From an uncultured Candidatus Actinomarina sp. (lineage in GTDB: Bacteria; Actinomycetota; Acidimicrobiia; Actinomarinales; Actinomarinaceae), in the NCBI GenBank assembly GCA_902576605.1, contig CACGVI010000004.1, positions 1-55,570 of the forward strand: DNA of 55,570 nucleotides. Reading direction: 5' to 3'. The position numbers were made by a program, and so were the translations under genes. Below are positions 9,011 to 18,376 of this stretch, in pieces (the stretch's first letter is position 1; every line of letters starts with the position of its first letter). The notes below the pieces were generated by a model that saw nothing but the letters and a program-made list of their open reading frames with translations, was not told where the DNA came from and searched no databases.

Positions 9011-10453
9011 CTACCTCTCGTAAGTTCTAGATTGATTTGTAAAATCATTTATTTCTTCTCTTTCAACATTAAAGAATATTTCAAGTTGAAGTAATCGTGT
9101 ATCTATAAGTTCAAGCATTACATAGCCTTCTACAGCGTTACCTAATGCAATACTTAATACATCATTCTCCTCATAAGGCTCTCTAAACCAATCTTTTTCT
9201 GGATTATTTTCTACAAACATTCTGAAGTTAAATAATTCATATATTTGTTTTCCTGAACCTACTTTTACCTCAAGAGGTGTAGGGTCGCCTTGGATGATAA
9301 AAGTATTTTTATAAACTTCAAGAAAACCTATACCAATTTGCCAATAAGTAGGGTCTATATCATTTAATGAAAAAGACAAATGGCCATCCCAATACTTACT
9401 TCTATCAATACCTTCATAAAAATTAGTACCAACCTCAAACCAATTTCCAGATAGGGTTCCATCAACATCGTAATTAATTTTTCCGATTCTTGGCTCAACC
9501 CTTCTCATCATTTTCTTTAATAAATTTCCTCTGATGTCATCTGGAAAATAAAGGAAAGGATCATCAGTATATATTTTCCAAGGCTCTAAGCTTTCATAAG
9601 CTTCTGGGTTAATAAAGTCAAGTGGGTTATTATAGTTATAAACTCCAAAATCTAAACTTTGTTCGCCTACATATCCGATTACTTCTCCTGCTTTCACATA
9701 AGCTCCTGTAAAATCACCGTTTTGATTTCTATTTTCTTTCCATTTTTTTTCTAATTCAGGACTTAATTTTGTTACTAGATCAAAATAACTTCCAAAAGTA
9801 CAAGTATGGACCATATCTAATCTATAGTCAGTCTCTTGTTTTTGTTGTGACTCAACACCTATATCTCTGGTTTCAATATTAAAAATAAAAGCATCTTGTA
9901 TAGCAAAAACTTCGTAAGCCTCTCTTCCGCCCTCACCTTCTAAAGAATAAAAATACATATGGTCAATTGGTGTTATATGGCCTCCAACTATCTGTCCATA
10001 GGGCATTAAAAAATTTATGTCTTCAATATTCATTGGTGAATTGTTAAACATTACTGGACCAGTACCTTCGCACTTTCCTTCCCACATTCCCCGCCATTCT
10101 TCATCTCGACCTTGTTTTTCCATGGCAAAATTATCATCTCCTGTACCATCAAGACAGTCGTAGATAAGTCCCATTTCATTATCATTAGGAGTGTATCCTC
10201 CTAAAGTTGTTTTTACGCCATTTGGCCATTTATCATTGATACATTTTTTAGCTTCCTCAGAAGCCTCTTGTAAAGCTTTAACTATTTCATTGTCTTCTGA
10301 AATTTCTTGAGAATCTTTTTTCTCAATATCTGTTTCTTCAGCAACCACATTAGATGTAGATGTGATTTTTTCTGAAGATTCGTTTACATCTAAGTTAGTG
10401 TTTTCTCCACTACAAGTAATAAAAAGTAGAAGAAATATTAAATATTTTTTCAT
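9011..10453 (-). CDS. Large lipoprotein with degenerate M23/duplicated-hybrid-like domain
   Basis: Lipobox FITC; VKAGEVIGYVG resembles the M23 peptidase core; canonical HxxxD and HxH zinc motifs not evident. Confidence 0.55.
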   Translation of the reverse strand: MKKYLIFLLLFITCSGENTNLDVNESSEKITSTSNVVAEETDIEKKDSQEISEDNEIVKALQEASEEAKKCINDKWPNGVKTTLGGYTPNDNEMGLIYDCLDGTGDDNFAMEKQGRDEEWRGMWEGKCEGTGPVMFNNSPMNIEDINFLMPYGQIVGGHITPIDHMYFYSLEGEGGREAYEVFAIQDAFIFNIETRDIGVESQQKQETDYRLDMVHTCTFGSYFDLVTKLSPELEKKWKENRNQNGDFTGAYVKAGEVIGYVGEQSLDFGVYNYNNPLDFINPEAYESLEPWKIYTDDPFLYFPDDIRGNLLKKMMRRVEPRIGKINYDVDGTLSGNWFEVGTNFYEGIDRSKYWDGHLSFSLNDIDPTYWQIGIGFLEVYKNTFIIQGDPTPLEVKVGSGKQIYELFNFRMFVENNPEKDWFREPYEENDVLSIALGNAVEGYVMLELIDTRLLQLEIFFNVEREEINDFTNQSRTYER

Positions 10454-10598
10454 GATTTAATTTTAACAACTAAAGTTATAGATTTTATCGGAGTTTTAAC
10501 TAGTTTATTAGTGAAGAGCCTATGTTTATTGTGGCCAGAGGCAAAACCGAACTTCCGTCTTCTTGTTTTTCATACAAGTGCTCACGTATAATATTTAG

Positions 10599-11429
10599 AT
10601 GAAGAAAATTTATACATTTGGCCATGAACAAGTTGAACGAAAAATCACAGTAGGTGATATTATCTCAAACAAAAATAACAATATAAAAATGACTCAAGTT
10701 ACAGCAGCCAATCAAGAAGAAGCTTCAATTATCGCTGAGCAAAATATAGATATGATTATCACAGGAAGTGACTGGTATGAAGATGTTAGAAAAGGTGCAC
10801 CGAATACATTCATTACAGCTGCGTTATTTGCTGGAAGATTTATTACCAACGAAGAAATTCTAAGAGGCGCTTTCGATGTAATGATGAAAGGTGCTGACTC
10901 AGTTCTCACTCCAAGAAGTTTAGATGTAGTAGAAATGCTAGCAAAAGAAGGTATGCAGGTACAAGGTCACGTGGGCATGGTTCCATCAATGGCAACTAAA
11001 TATGGTGGAATTAGAACGGTTGGTAAAACAGCAGAGGAAGCTTTGTCAATATTGAAAGATATGAAAAGACTAGAAGATGCAGGTGCTTTTGGTGCAGAGG
11101 TTGAGTGTGTTGCAGAAGATGCATTAATTGAAATTAAAAAATATACTTCCTTAGTTATAAATTCACTTGGTTCAGGTACTGGCGGAGACGTAATGTTTTT
11201 ATTCTTTGAAGATATATGTGGTGAAACATCAGGAATAAAAATGCCTCGACATGCTAAATCCTGGGGAAATGGTCAAGAGATTAAAAGTAAATTAAGCATA
11301 GAGAGATCTAAAGCCATTAAAGGATTCAAAGATGATGTAAGTTCAGGTAAGTTTCCAAATAGTGATCATACTGTAGAAATGTTACCTGGGGAAAAAGACG
11401 TTCTTCTTGAAAGACTTGATAGCTTTTAG
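10599..11429 (+). CDS. PanB-like (ketopantoate hydroxymethyltransferase family) protein, atypical
   Basis: GHVGMVP, LEDAGAF, VECV and SLGSG match PanB, but the GDSLG and DxPF metal-binding segments are missing. Confidence 0.8.
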   Translation: MKKIYTFGHEQVERKITVGDIISNKNNNIKMTQVTAANQEEASIIAEQNIDMIITGSDWYEDVRKGAPNTFITAALFAGRFITNEEILRGAFDVMMKGADSVLTPRSLDVVEMLAKEGMQVQGHVGMVPSMATKYGGIRTVGKTAEEALSILKDMKRLEDAGAFGAEVECVAEDALIEIKKYTSLVINSLGSGTGGDVMFLFFEDICGETSGIKMPRHAKSWGNGQEIKSKLSIERSKAIKGFKDDVSSGKFPNSDHTVEMLPGEKDVLLERLDSF

Positions 11430-11433
11430 TAGC

Positions 11434-12312
11434 TTAAGTTTTATCTTTAAGTAGATTAGGAACTAGTACAGGAGTATTTCTTTTATAGCGTTGATATTCC
11501 TCTAAATGACCATACCTTTCATCAGCAATTTGCTCGAGTTTATTAATACCACTCATACGAGTTAATAAAATATATACAAAAATTGGTGATACAAGAGTTA
11601 TGTACTCAATGCCTGTTAATGTGTTTGAAGCTATAACAGCAATACCAGTCCACAGCATTATCTCTCCAAAATAATTAGGATGTCTTGATTTTGCCCATAG
11701 GCCAGTATGAATAAAGGCTTCACTAGGGTCATTTTCTTTTCTAAATACTCGTTTTTGATAATCAGATACAGATTCAATGGTGAATCCAGATAGCCACAAC
11801 GCCATACCTATCATTGCTAACAGTGGTAGTAAGTCATCTTCTGGAGATAAGATTCCAATAATTGCTGGGGATGCAGTTAGTGATACCCAGAGTGCTTGTC
11901 CCATCCAGTATTGTAAAAACCATAGAAAATGTCTTTTTGCTTGTTCAAACCGCACATCTTTACCATCATTTCTAACTCTTCTAAACAAATATATTCCAAG
12001 TCTTAAGGCCCAGACCATTACATAGAAATAAATTATTGAATCAATCATTGTTTTATTTTCAACAGAAAAATATGCGAGTGATACAGTTGCAATATATGTT
12101 AAGCTTCCAACTAAGTCATAATATTTTTCAGTTTTTAATAAAAAAGAGGGAATAAAAAAGACTATCTGAAGTAATACTGCAAAAATCAAAATAAATGTAA
12201 AGGCATTAATACCTCTTATCTCTATATCAATATTTTGACCTGCAAAATTTATTAAACCAATAAAGATGAGGAAAGCTGTAATTGCAATAATGTTATTAAT
12301 CTGTCTACTCAT
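11434..12312 (-). CDS. DUF1295 / steroid 5-alpha-reductase-like membrane protein
   Basis: GLWAKSRHPNYFGE and DYQKRVF motifs. Start placed at ATG 12312, 6 nt behind TATAAT. Confidence 0.9.
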   Translation of the reverse strand: MSRQINNIIAITAFLIFIGLINFAGQNIDIEIRGINAFTFILIFAVLLQIVFFIPSFLLKTEKYYDLVGSLTYIATVSLAYFSVENKTMIDSIIYFYVMVWALRLGIYLFRRVRNDGKDVRFEQAKRHFLWFLQYWMGQALWVSLTASPAIIGILSPEDDLLPLLAMIGMALWLSGFTIESVSDYQKRVFRKENDPSEAFIHTGLWAKSRHPNYFGEIMLWTGIAVIASNTLTGIEYITLVSPIFVYILLTRMSGINKLEQIADERYGHLEEYQRYKRNTPVLVPNLLKDKT

Positions 12313-12385
12313 ATCCAAATTATATACCTGTATTTGCCCTTACTTCTTAAACTAGTTACGACTTAACAATATTAAGGTATAGGAC

Positions 12386-12883
12386 ATGGAAGATAATTAT
12401 TACGCATCTGGTAACGAACATAAATTGTTCATAAATTACTTTGATGCATTGTATTTATTAAACATTGTATTTAAAGATAATAAGAAATACGAATTTATAG
12501 ACACTTCCCATGTAGAGTCAATCTGGAATACGATTGAATTCAAATATCATAAATTCTGTGTTATTAAAGCATTTAAATATGAACTGGGTGGATATGAAGT
12601 GCACATAGGTGACGAATATAAAGGTGTTTGTGATAATTTGATTCCAAAAGTAAATTCCAATATCACTTACAATCCTCTTTCTTATGATGACAATCCAGAT
12701 TTTAAAAAATCATACTGGAAGAGAAGAGATAATGCTCTGAACTCTTTTACAGATGGTGACGAAGATTTAAATGAACATTATTATATTGCAGGATTTACTG
12801 AAAAATTTGATTATGAACAACAGAAAATTCTTGGGTTAAATACTCCATACGTGAATTTTGTAATTAATAATGATAAAGATTAA
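12386..12883 (+). CDS. Hypothetical protein
   Basis: 165 aa ORF with normal composition and no recognised motif. Confidence 0.5.
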   Translation: MEDNYYASGNEHKLFINYFDALYLLNIVFKDNKKYEFIDTSHVESIWNTIEFKYHKFCVIKAFKYELGGYEVHIGDEYKGVCDNLIPKVNSNITYNPLSYDDNPDFKKSYWKRRDNALNSFTDGDEDLNEHYYIAGFTEKFDYEQQKILGLNTPYVNFVINNDKD

Positions 12884-12887
12884 TTTG

Positions 12888-12961
12888 TGGGAGATACAAG
12901 ATTTGAACTTGTGACCCCTTGCGTGTCGAGCAAGTGCTCTGCCGGACTGAGCTAATCTCCC
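12888..12961 (-). tRNA. tRNA-Val(GAC)
   Basis: GGGAGAT/ATCTCCC acceptor stem, anticodon arm CTTGC-TCGACAC-GCAAG, T-loop GTTCAAATC. Confidence 0.97.
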
Positions 12962-13003
12962 GTATTTAGAAATATAGCATCATTTAGATTTTTTCTAAAT
13001 TGA

Positions 13004-13207
13004 TTATTTCTCTACAGTGATAATTCTTTTGCCAAATCTCAGAAAAAGCCTTTCAACAATTTCAATAAGTAGATTCAGTACCCAAAGTCCTATATATATA
13101 GCTAAAAAAATTTGTATAAACTGCCACAAAACATACACAATAATTCCGTAAACAAATATCCATGTAATTGTAAATTTTAATGAATATATAGGTGACTGAC
13201 TATTCAT
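13004..13207 (-). CDS. Hypothetical small membrane protein
   Basis: 67 aa hydrophobic ORF, translationally coupled to the SRAP stop. Confidence 0.55.
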   Translation of the reverse strand: MNSQSPIYSLKFTITWIFVYGIIVYVLWQFIQIFLAIYIGLWVLNLLIEIVERLFLRFGKRIITVEK

Positions 13208-13851
13208 TAAAAAGGAACCTCTTCATATTTTCGTATAAGTGAATCATTATTATTTTTGGGATTATTCACTGCTCTGTCCACTTTATGAAATTCTATATCA
13301 TCATATGTATAGTCTAAAATCTGTGAATAAATCTCTTCACTAGATAAATCAGACACCCATAGCTCTCTTTGTTTTTCGGTAAGCAGCAATGGCGATCTGT
13401 TATGTATAGACTGTAGAGAGCTGACTGCTTCTCTTGTAATGATAGAGGTTTCAATATCGCCACTACTTCTATTCCAATAAAGACCTGCAGCAAATAATAA
13501 ACTTTCAGAAGTTTCAAAAAAATAATAAGGTTGTTTGATACCATCCTCTTCTTTCCACTCGTACCATCCAGAAATTGGAATTAAACACCTTGAGTTTTTA
13601 AAAGCTGAAGTAAATGTTTTCTTCTCAAGTAACGACTCATACCTTGTATTAAATAAAGGCCTAGGATTTGATTGACTCTTTAACCACTCTGGAAAATATC
13701 CCCAGTTAGCAATCACTAAATTATTATCAATTATGCACGGAGCCTGATTCTGTGGAGCTAGGTTGAAATTTTGTTCGAATTCGATTTCAGTAAAATTATT
13801 TACAAACGACAGTTCATCTTTTGCAATGTCAATATAGTATCTTCCACACAT
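13207..13851 (-). CDS. SOS response-associated peptidase (SRAP/YedK/HMCES family)
   Basis: N-terminal MCGRY (catalytic Cys2), FNTRYES, RCLIPISGWYEW, HNRSPL. Confidence 0.95.
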   Translation of the reverse strand: MCGRYYIDIAKDELSFVNNFTEIEFEQNFNLAPQNQAPCIIDNNLVIANWGYFPEWLKSQSNPRPLFNTRYESLLEKKTFTSAFKNSRCLIPISGWYEWKEEDGIKQPYYFFETSESLLFAAGLYWNRSSGDIETSIITREAVSSLQSIHNRSPLLLTEKQRELWVSDLSSEEIYSQILDYTYDDIEFHKVDRAVNNPKNNNDSLIRKYEEVPF

Positions 13852-13855
13852 ATAT

Positions 13856-14527
13856 TTATTGTAATAATGATGCGTCTATTGTGTCACCATCAGTGAATGT
13901 ATGATGTTCTTTCTTGTATATTATGTGAACATTTTGTTTTCCAAGAACACTTAGTTGATCACCATCTTTAATAAAGTATGTGTCTTTTTCCAAACAAAGT
14001 AATTTGTACTTGCCTCTATTTAAAACCTTTACAGTATTTGATATCCATGAATAAAAACTCTCACCATAGTGTGGAATAACAATTGTGTTTGGTACATAAT
14101 TCAAACCAACCCCTTTAATCATTTTCTCCCCCATAATCATTGCACCAGCACTACATCCCGCAATAATCCCTCTATTTTCTATTTCTTGTAACTCACTTGA
14201 GAAATCTGAATCTCGTATAGAGTCATACAAGTGATTTGGTGAACCACCAGAAAAAAATACAAAATTTGATTTTTTCATCTCGTCAATTACGGATTTTAGA
14301 TTTAAATCTTCTCTATTCCTTGCATCTATATGCTTATGACTAACATTTAAATTTTTGAAATGTTCAATTGCAAGATTCCTCCAATAAGAAAGTCTTTCAT
14401 CAGATTCTTTACCAGCAGCTGTAGAAAATGTAAGTACGTTTGGAATCTCATCTAAGAAATTTAAAAGTTTTCTATCAACATCAAGAATTGATGGTAAAAA
14501 CTCTCCTGAACCTGTTATAGCAATCAT
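13856..14527 (-). CDS. Peptidase S51 (peptidase E/cyanophycinase-like)
   Basis: FFSGGSP, AGCSAGAM nucleophile motif, IPHY. True start is MIAITGSGEF; the track's extra 40 residues read through tRNA-Cys. Confidence 0.85.
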   Translation of the reverse strand: MIAITGSGEFLPSILDVDRKLLNFLDEIPNVLTFSTAAGKESDERLSYWRNLAIEHFKNLNVSHKHIDARNREDLNLKSVIDEMKKSNFVFFSGGSPNHLYDSIRDSDFSSELQEIENRGIIAGCSAGAMIMGEKMIKGVGLNYVPNTIVIPHYGESFYSWISNTVKVLNRGKYKLLCLEKDTYFIKDGDQLSVLGKQNVHIIYKKEHHTFTDGDTIDASLLQ

Positions 14528-14533
14528 AGTTAT

Positions 14534-14607
14534 TGGAGGCGACGACCGGAATCGAACCGGTGTACAAGGTTTTGCAGACCTCTGCGTAGCCACTCCGCCA
14601 CGTCGCC
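14534..14607 (-). tRNA. tRNA-Cys(GCA), CCA encoded
   Basis: GGCGACG/CGTCGCC stem, anticodon loop CTGCAAA, GTTCGATTC, 3' TCCA. Confidence 0.97.
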
Positions 14608-14613
14608 ATGTAG

Positions 14614-14686
14614 AGCGGAAGACGGGATTTGAACCCGCGGCCTCCACCTTGGCAAGGTGGCGCTCTGCCAGCTGAGCTACTTCCGC
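14614..14686 (-). tRNA. tRNA-Gly(GCC)
   Basis: GCGGAAG/CTTCCGC stem, CCACC-TTGCCAA-GGTGG anticodon arm, GTTCAAATC. Confidence 0.97.
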
Positions 14687-14723
14687 GTAACTTTTATATT
14701 AATAAAAAATTTAATTAATAAAC

Positions 14724-15167
14724 TTAATTTTTTCCTGTTGAACCAAATCCACCTGTTGATCTATCAGAGATATCTAGCTCATCAACTTTTTCAAATGAAA
14801 TGCTGCCTGTAGTAATAGTTACTAATTGAGCAACTCTCTCATTTTGTGAAACGGTATACACTTCATTTGAATAGTTCATTAAAGGAACCAATAATTCTCC
14901 TGTATACCCCGGATCAATCAGGCCTGGAGCATTGATTGGAGCAACTAGATTCTTACTAGCTAGTCCAGATCTTGGTAAAACAAACCCTGCAACATTTTTT
15001 GGTAATTGAATTGCTATACCTAAATTTACAAGTACAACTTTTTGCGGTTCGATGATATACTCTCCGTCTGAATAAAGATCATATCCAATGTCATCTTCAT
15101 GACTTTTACTTGGTATTTTTCCAAATTCATTAAGAATCTTTATTTTTATATTAAAATAACTTTGCAG
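14724..15167 (-). CDS. dut: dUTP diphosphatase (non-canonical start codon)
   Basis: Manual translation shows all five motifs: IGYDL, PRSGL, PGLIDPGYTGE, RVAQL, RSTGGFGSTG. No in-frame ATG, GTG or TTG upstream; CTG at 15167 has a GAAAGGG SD. Confidence 0.92.
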   Translation of the reverse strand: MQSYFNIKIKILNEFGKIPSKSHEDDIGYDLYSDGEYIIEPQKVVLVNLGIAIQLPKNVAGFVLPRSGLASKNLVAPINAPGLIDPGYTGELLVPLMNYSNEVYTVSQNERVAQLVTITTGSISFEKVDELDISDRSTGGFGSTGKN

Positions 15168-15180
15168 TGGTACCCTTTCA

Positions 15181-16248
15181 ATGATGAATATTAGAGATTA
15201 TTTCTTAATAAATAAAACTAAAAAAGTTAATAAAATTAAAATACTTGAACTTTTAGGATTTGAAAGCGATATTTTAATCGAATCCTCCACCATTTCTGAT
15301 GGAGCAAAAGAAGAGGTTGAAGAACTTAATGAGGAAACATTTGAAACTTTATTGAACAATACTGAGGAAATATATATTCAACAGAACAGTTTAGAAACAT
15401 TTATTGCAAATTCTACTGAACCGACAAAGGCTGATCTAACTCCAACTGATACTTTTAATCCTTTAAATATAACTGAACAGATACAAAGAGTGTGGTCTGA
15501 TCTTGAGAGTAGAAGAAAATGGGTTTTACCAGCAGTAATTTCAATATCTATGGTCTTTGTAGTAACAATTGCAACAAATACATATCTAAACTACAGAACC
15601 AGTCAAGAAGCTGTTGTAGAAGAAGCTGTTGTTGTAACAAATAACTCGAATGAATTAGTTGCGCTTCTACCTGATTTAATTGAAATATCTACAAATACTT
15701 TTTACTCAAAATATGATGTTTCTAATGCAAGTGCAAATCTTCAACAAATAGAATCATCTTTAATTCAATATCGAAACAATTTAATAAATAGAACAGATAT
15801 TTCAGATATTGATATCGTCGATGAAAATTTACAAAACATATTTACATTAGTTAACGAACTTGACCTTGTTTTATCGTATAGAATTTCAATATCTGAAGTT
15901 CTTATTTACGGAGATTTGCCATCTGAAGAAGAAAATGTAGATATTGATGAAATAACTAACAATTTGTCTAATGTTATTGCTCAAAGTAAGGTCAATATTT
16001 CAAGTTTGCCAATAATAAATGAGTTCGAAAATCACAAGAAACTCGTAAATGACGCCGTTACAACAGCCGAAAATTTGCACGGTCGATATTTGGGAGCATT
16101 GAGAAATAATGAATATGATGTTGCTCAATCAATTTCTCAAGCAATTCTTTTAAACAAAGAGACAGAAAGCCGAGCTTTTGAAAATGCTTTATCAGAATTT
16201 AAAGAAAAGTCACTAATAAATTACGCTAATTTTAAGAATTTACCGTAA
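15181..16248 (+). CDS. Hypothetical single-TM protein with helical C-terminal domain
   Basis: 355 aa; acidic N-terminus, TM at WVLPAVISISMVFVVTIA. Start may be ATG 15184. Confidence 0.6.
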   Translation: MMNIRDYFLINKTKKVNKIKILELLGFESDILIESSTISDGAKEEVEELNEETFETLLNNTEEIYIQQNSLETFIANSTEPTKADLTPTDTFNPLNITEQIQRVWSDLESRRKWVLPAVISISMVFVVTIATNTYLNYRTSQEAVVEEAVVVTNNSNELVALLPDLIEISTNTFYSKYDVSNASANLQQIESSLIQYRNNLINRTDISDIDIVDENLQNIFTLVNELDLVLSYRISISEVLIYGDLPSEEENVDIDEITNNLSNVIAQSKVNISSLPIINEFENHKKLVNDAVTTAENLHGRYLGALRNNEYDVAQSISQAILLNKETESRAFENALSEFKEKSLINYANFKNLP

Positions 16249-16249
16249 A

Positions 16250-16687
16250 TTATAGTTCTGCTACTTCTTTTTCAAAGTCAGATGCATCAGAAAACTCTTT
16301 ATACACAGAAGCAAATCGTAAATATGCTACTTCGTTTGTCTCTTTTAAATATTTAAGAACAGTTTCTCCTACAATTTCAGATTTAATTTTGTTTCCTTGA
16401 TTTTTTATTTCATTATGAATGTTGTCTACAAGAGTTTTTAACTTTTTATCATTTATATCGAGGCCTCCAAATGCATTTTCTATTCCTTTGTATAGTTTTT
16501 CATAGTTAAATTCTTGTATATCACCACCTCTTTTTTGGATCATTAAACCAATTTCAGCCTTTTCATACGTTGTGAATCGTAATTCACACTTAGGGCACTC
16601 TCTTCTTCTTCTTATAGAGTTGCCTTCATTGTTTTTTCGTGAATCAACAACATTAGTTTCTTCTTTATTACAGTAAGGACATACCAT
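16250..16687 (-). CDS. nrdR: Transcriptional repressor NrdR
   Basis: MVCPYC...VVDSR...IRRRRECPKC..RFTTYE zinc ribbon, ATP cone, VAYLRFASVY. Confidence 0.97.
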   Translation of the reverse strand: MVCPYCNKEETNVVDSRKNNEGNSIRRRRECPKCELRFTTYEKAEIGLMIQKRGGDIQEFNYEKLYKGIENAFGGLDINDKKLKTLVDNIHNEIKNQGNKIKSEIVGETVLKYLKETNEVAYLRFASVYKEFSDASDFEKEVAEL

Positions 16688-16722
16688 ATATAGTGTCATT
16701 ATAGTTAACTCTAAATCTTGTA

Positions 16723-16995
16723 TCAAATATTTTCGGGTAATAACAGTACTTGATCTTCAATAAGTAATGAATTATCTAAATTATTTATCTTTTTGATGAG
16801 ATAAATAAACTCTTGATGATTTTTGTTTGTAAATTTATGTGAAATACCCCAAAGGGTATCTCCTTTTTGTATTTTATATTCAACGGTTGGTGTATTTTCA
16901 TATTCATATTGTTGATTAATTGGTTTTTTAACAAAAAATATCATTAAACTGCTAAAAAAATATAAATATATTATTAAATTGATTTTTAACTTCAT
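16723..16995 (-). CDS. Membrane-anchored LysM protein (ChiZ/YneA-like SOS division inhibitor position)
   Basis: N-terminal TM plus YKIQKGDTLWGIS LysM; divergent from lexA and upstream of nrdR. Confidence 0.8.
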   Translation of the reverse strand: MKLKINLIIYLYFFSSLMIFFVKKPINQQYEYENTPTVEYKIQKGDTLWGISHKFTNKNHQEFIYLIKKINNLDNSLLIEDQVLLLPENI

Positions 16996-17032
16996 AAAAC
17001 AATACTAGAAATTGTATACGACAAAAATTAAA

Positions 17033-17048
17033 TCGAACATTTGTTCTA
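17033..17048. promoter_or_regulatory. LexA box (TCGAAC-ATTT-GTTCTA)
   Basis: GAAC-N4-GTTC consensus between lexA and the LysM gene. Confidence 0.92.
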
Positions 17049-17070
17049 ATTTATGTTATAATTTATTTAT

Positions 17071-17655
17071 ATGAATAAACAATCAGAAATTTTAGAGTAC
17101 ATAAATCAAAAATTAACCACTGAAGGTTACTCTCCTTCAGTTAGAGAGATAGCTAAGGCTGTAAATCTTAAATCAACAAGTTCAGTACAGTACCACTTAG
17201 ATAATTTAATTAAAAAAGGTTTACTAACTAAAAAAGCAAACTTATCAAGATCATTATCAAATAATCAAAAACTAAATACATTTATGTCAATTCCAGTTAT
17301 TGGTGAAATTTCCGCTGGCACTCCACTTCTGGCTGAAGAAAATAAAATTGGAGAGATTCCTATTGTTGAAGAAAAATATAATAAGGATCTCTTTGCATTG
17401 AAGGTCAATGGTGATTCCATGATTGATGCTGGTATTCATGATGATGATATTGTTGTTGTAGATAAAAATATAGAACCAAAAAATGGAGATATCGGTGCTT
17501 TTATGATTAATGACACAGAAGCAACTGTTAAATATCTATATACAATTTCTGGTAAAAAATACCTAATTCCAGCAAATAAAAAATATGAAAATTTTGAAGT
17601 TAATGAAAATACACAACCGATTGGAAAAGTTGTTAGTTTATTTAGAGATATATAA
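17071..17655 (+). CDS. lexA: SOS repressor LexA
   Basis: PSVREIA wHTH, Ala-Gly site ISAGTP, GDSM Ser, TVK Lys. Confidence 0.97.
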   Translation: MNKQSEILEYINQKLTTEGYSPSVREIAKAVNLKSTSSVQYHLDNLIKKGLLTKKANLSRSLSNNQKLNTFMSIPVIGEISAGTPLLAEENKIGEIPIVEEKYNKDLFALKVNGDSMIDAGIHDDDIVVVDKNIEPKNGDIGAFMINDTEATVKYLYTISGKKYLIPANKKYENFEVNENTQPIGKVVSLFRDI

Positions 17656-18376
17656 CTTCTCCTGATAAGTATAAATTATCATTTTCAAATCTAATATTCA
17701 AATCACCACCTGGATACATCACATAAGAATTATTATCAATTTGATTTGTTTTATTTAGATAGTTAAACATGCATAGTGCACCTGATCCACAGGCATCTGT
17801 CTCACCTACTCCACGTTCGAAGACTCTGGCTTTGATGTAATTTCTATTAACTATCTGATATATTTCAACATTTACGCCATCTGGAAATAATTTTTCATTA
17901 GCTACTTCAGAATTCAATTTCTCTAAATCTAAACCGTCTACATCATCTACTTCTATCATAAAATGAGGATTACCAACTGAAGATTTAACACCTTCATACG
18001 TATTTACATTTATTTTTTCTTCTTCATAGGTAGGAATGGGAGTTGATACTTCAACTATATTGTCATCTACATATACTTCTAAATCCCCCACTGGTGCATT
18101 AACAGTAAACCTATCAACATCTAAATATTTGTTATCTAGTGCATATTTAGCAACACATCGTACACCGTTTACACAAAGTTCTGCATCAGAACCATCATTA
18201 TTGTAATAATGCATTTTCACAGATTTATTATCTAATGGTTCTACGAATATAACTCCATCTACTTCATATTCAGCATCGCTGACAAGTGCAATAATTTGAA
18301 TTTCTGAAACTTCCCCTTCATACTTTCCAACTATAAAATCATTACCTGTTCCAGACATGTATGCAAAATTATCCAT
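17642..18376 (-). CDS. dapF: Diaminopimelate epimerase
   Basis: GTGNDF, ELCVNGVRC, VGNPH, ERGVGETDACGSGA. Confidence 0.95.
   Translation of the reverse strand: MDNFAYMSGTGNDFIVGKYEGEVSEIQIIALVSDAEYEVDGVIFVEPLDNKSVKMHYYNNDGSDAELCVNGVRCVAKYALDNKYLDVDRFTVNAPVGDLEVYVDDNIVEVSTPIPTYEEEKINVNTYEGVKSSVGNPHFMIEVDDVDGLDLEKLNSEVANEKLFPDGVNVEIYQIVNRNYIKARVFERGVGETDACGSGALCMFNYLNKTNQIDNNSYVMYPGGDLNIRFENDNLYLSGEVIYL

Noticed and set aside
10511-10573. GC-richer intergenic stretch upstream of the panB-like gene (possible pan RNA motif or 15-aa leader peptide)
   Set aside because: Pairing is weak, and the leaderless promoter at 10587 places this stretch outside the mRNA.
14528-14647. N-terminal 40 aa of the track's 263-aa ORF
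   Set aside because: It is a read-through of the tRNA-Gly and tRNA-Cys sequence; the real start is ATG 14527.
12888-14686. Prophage or integrative element at the tRNAs
   Set aside because: No integrase, phage gene or att direct repeat was seen.
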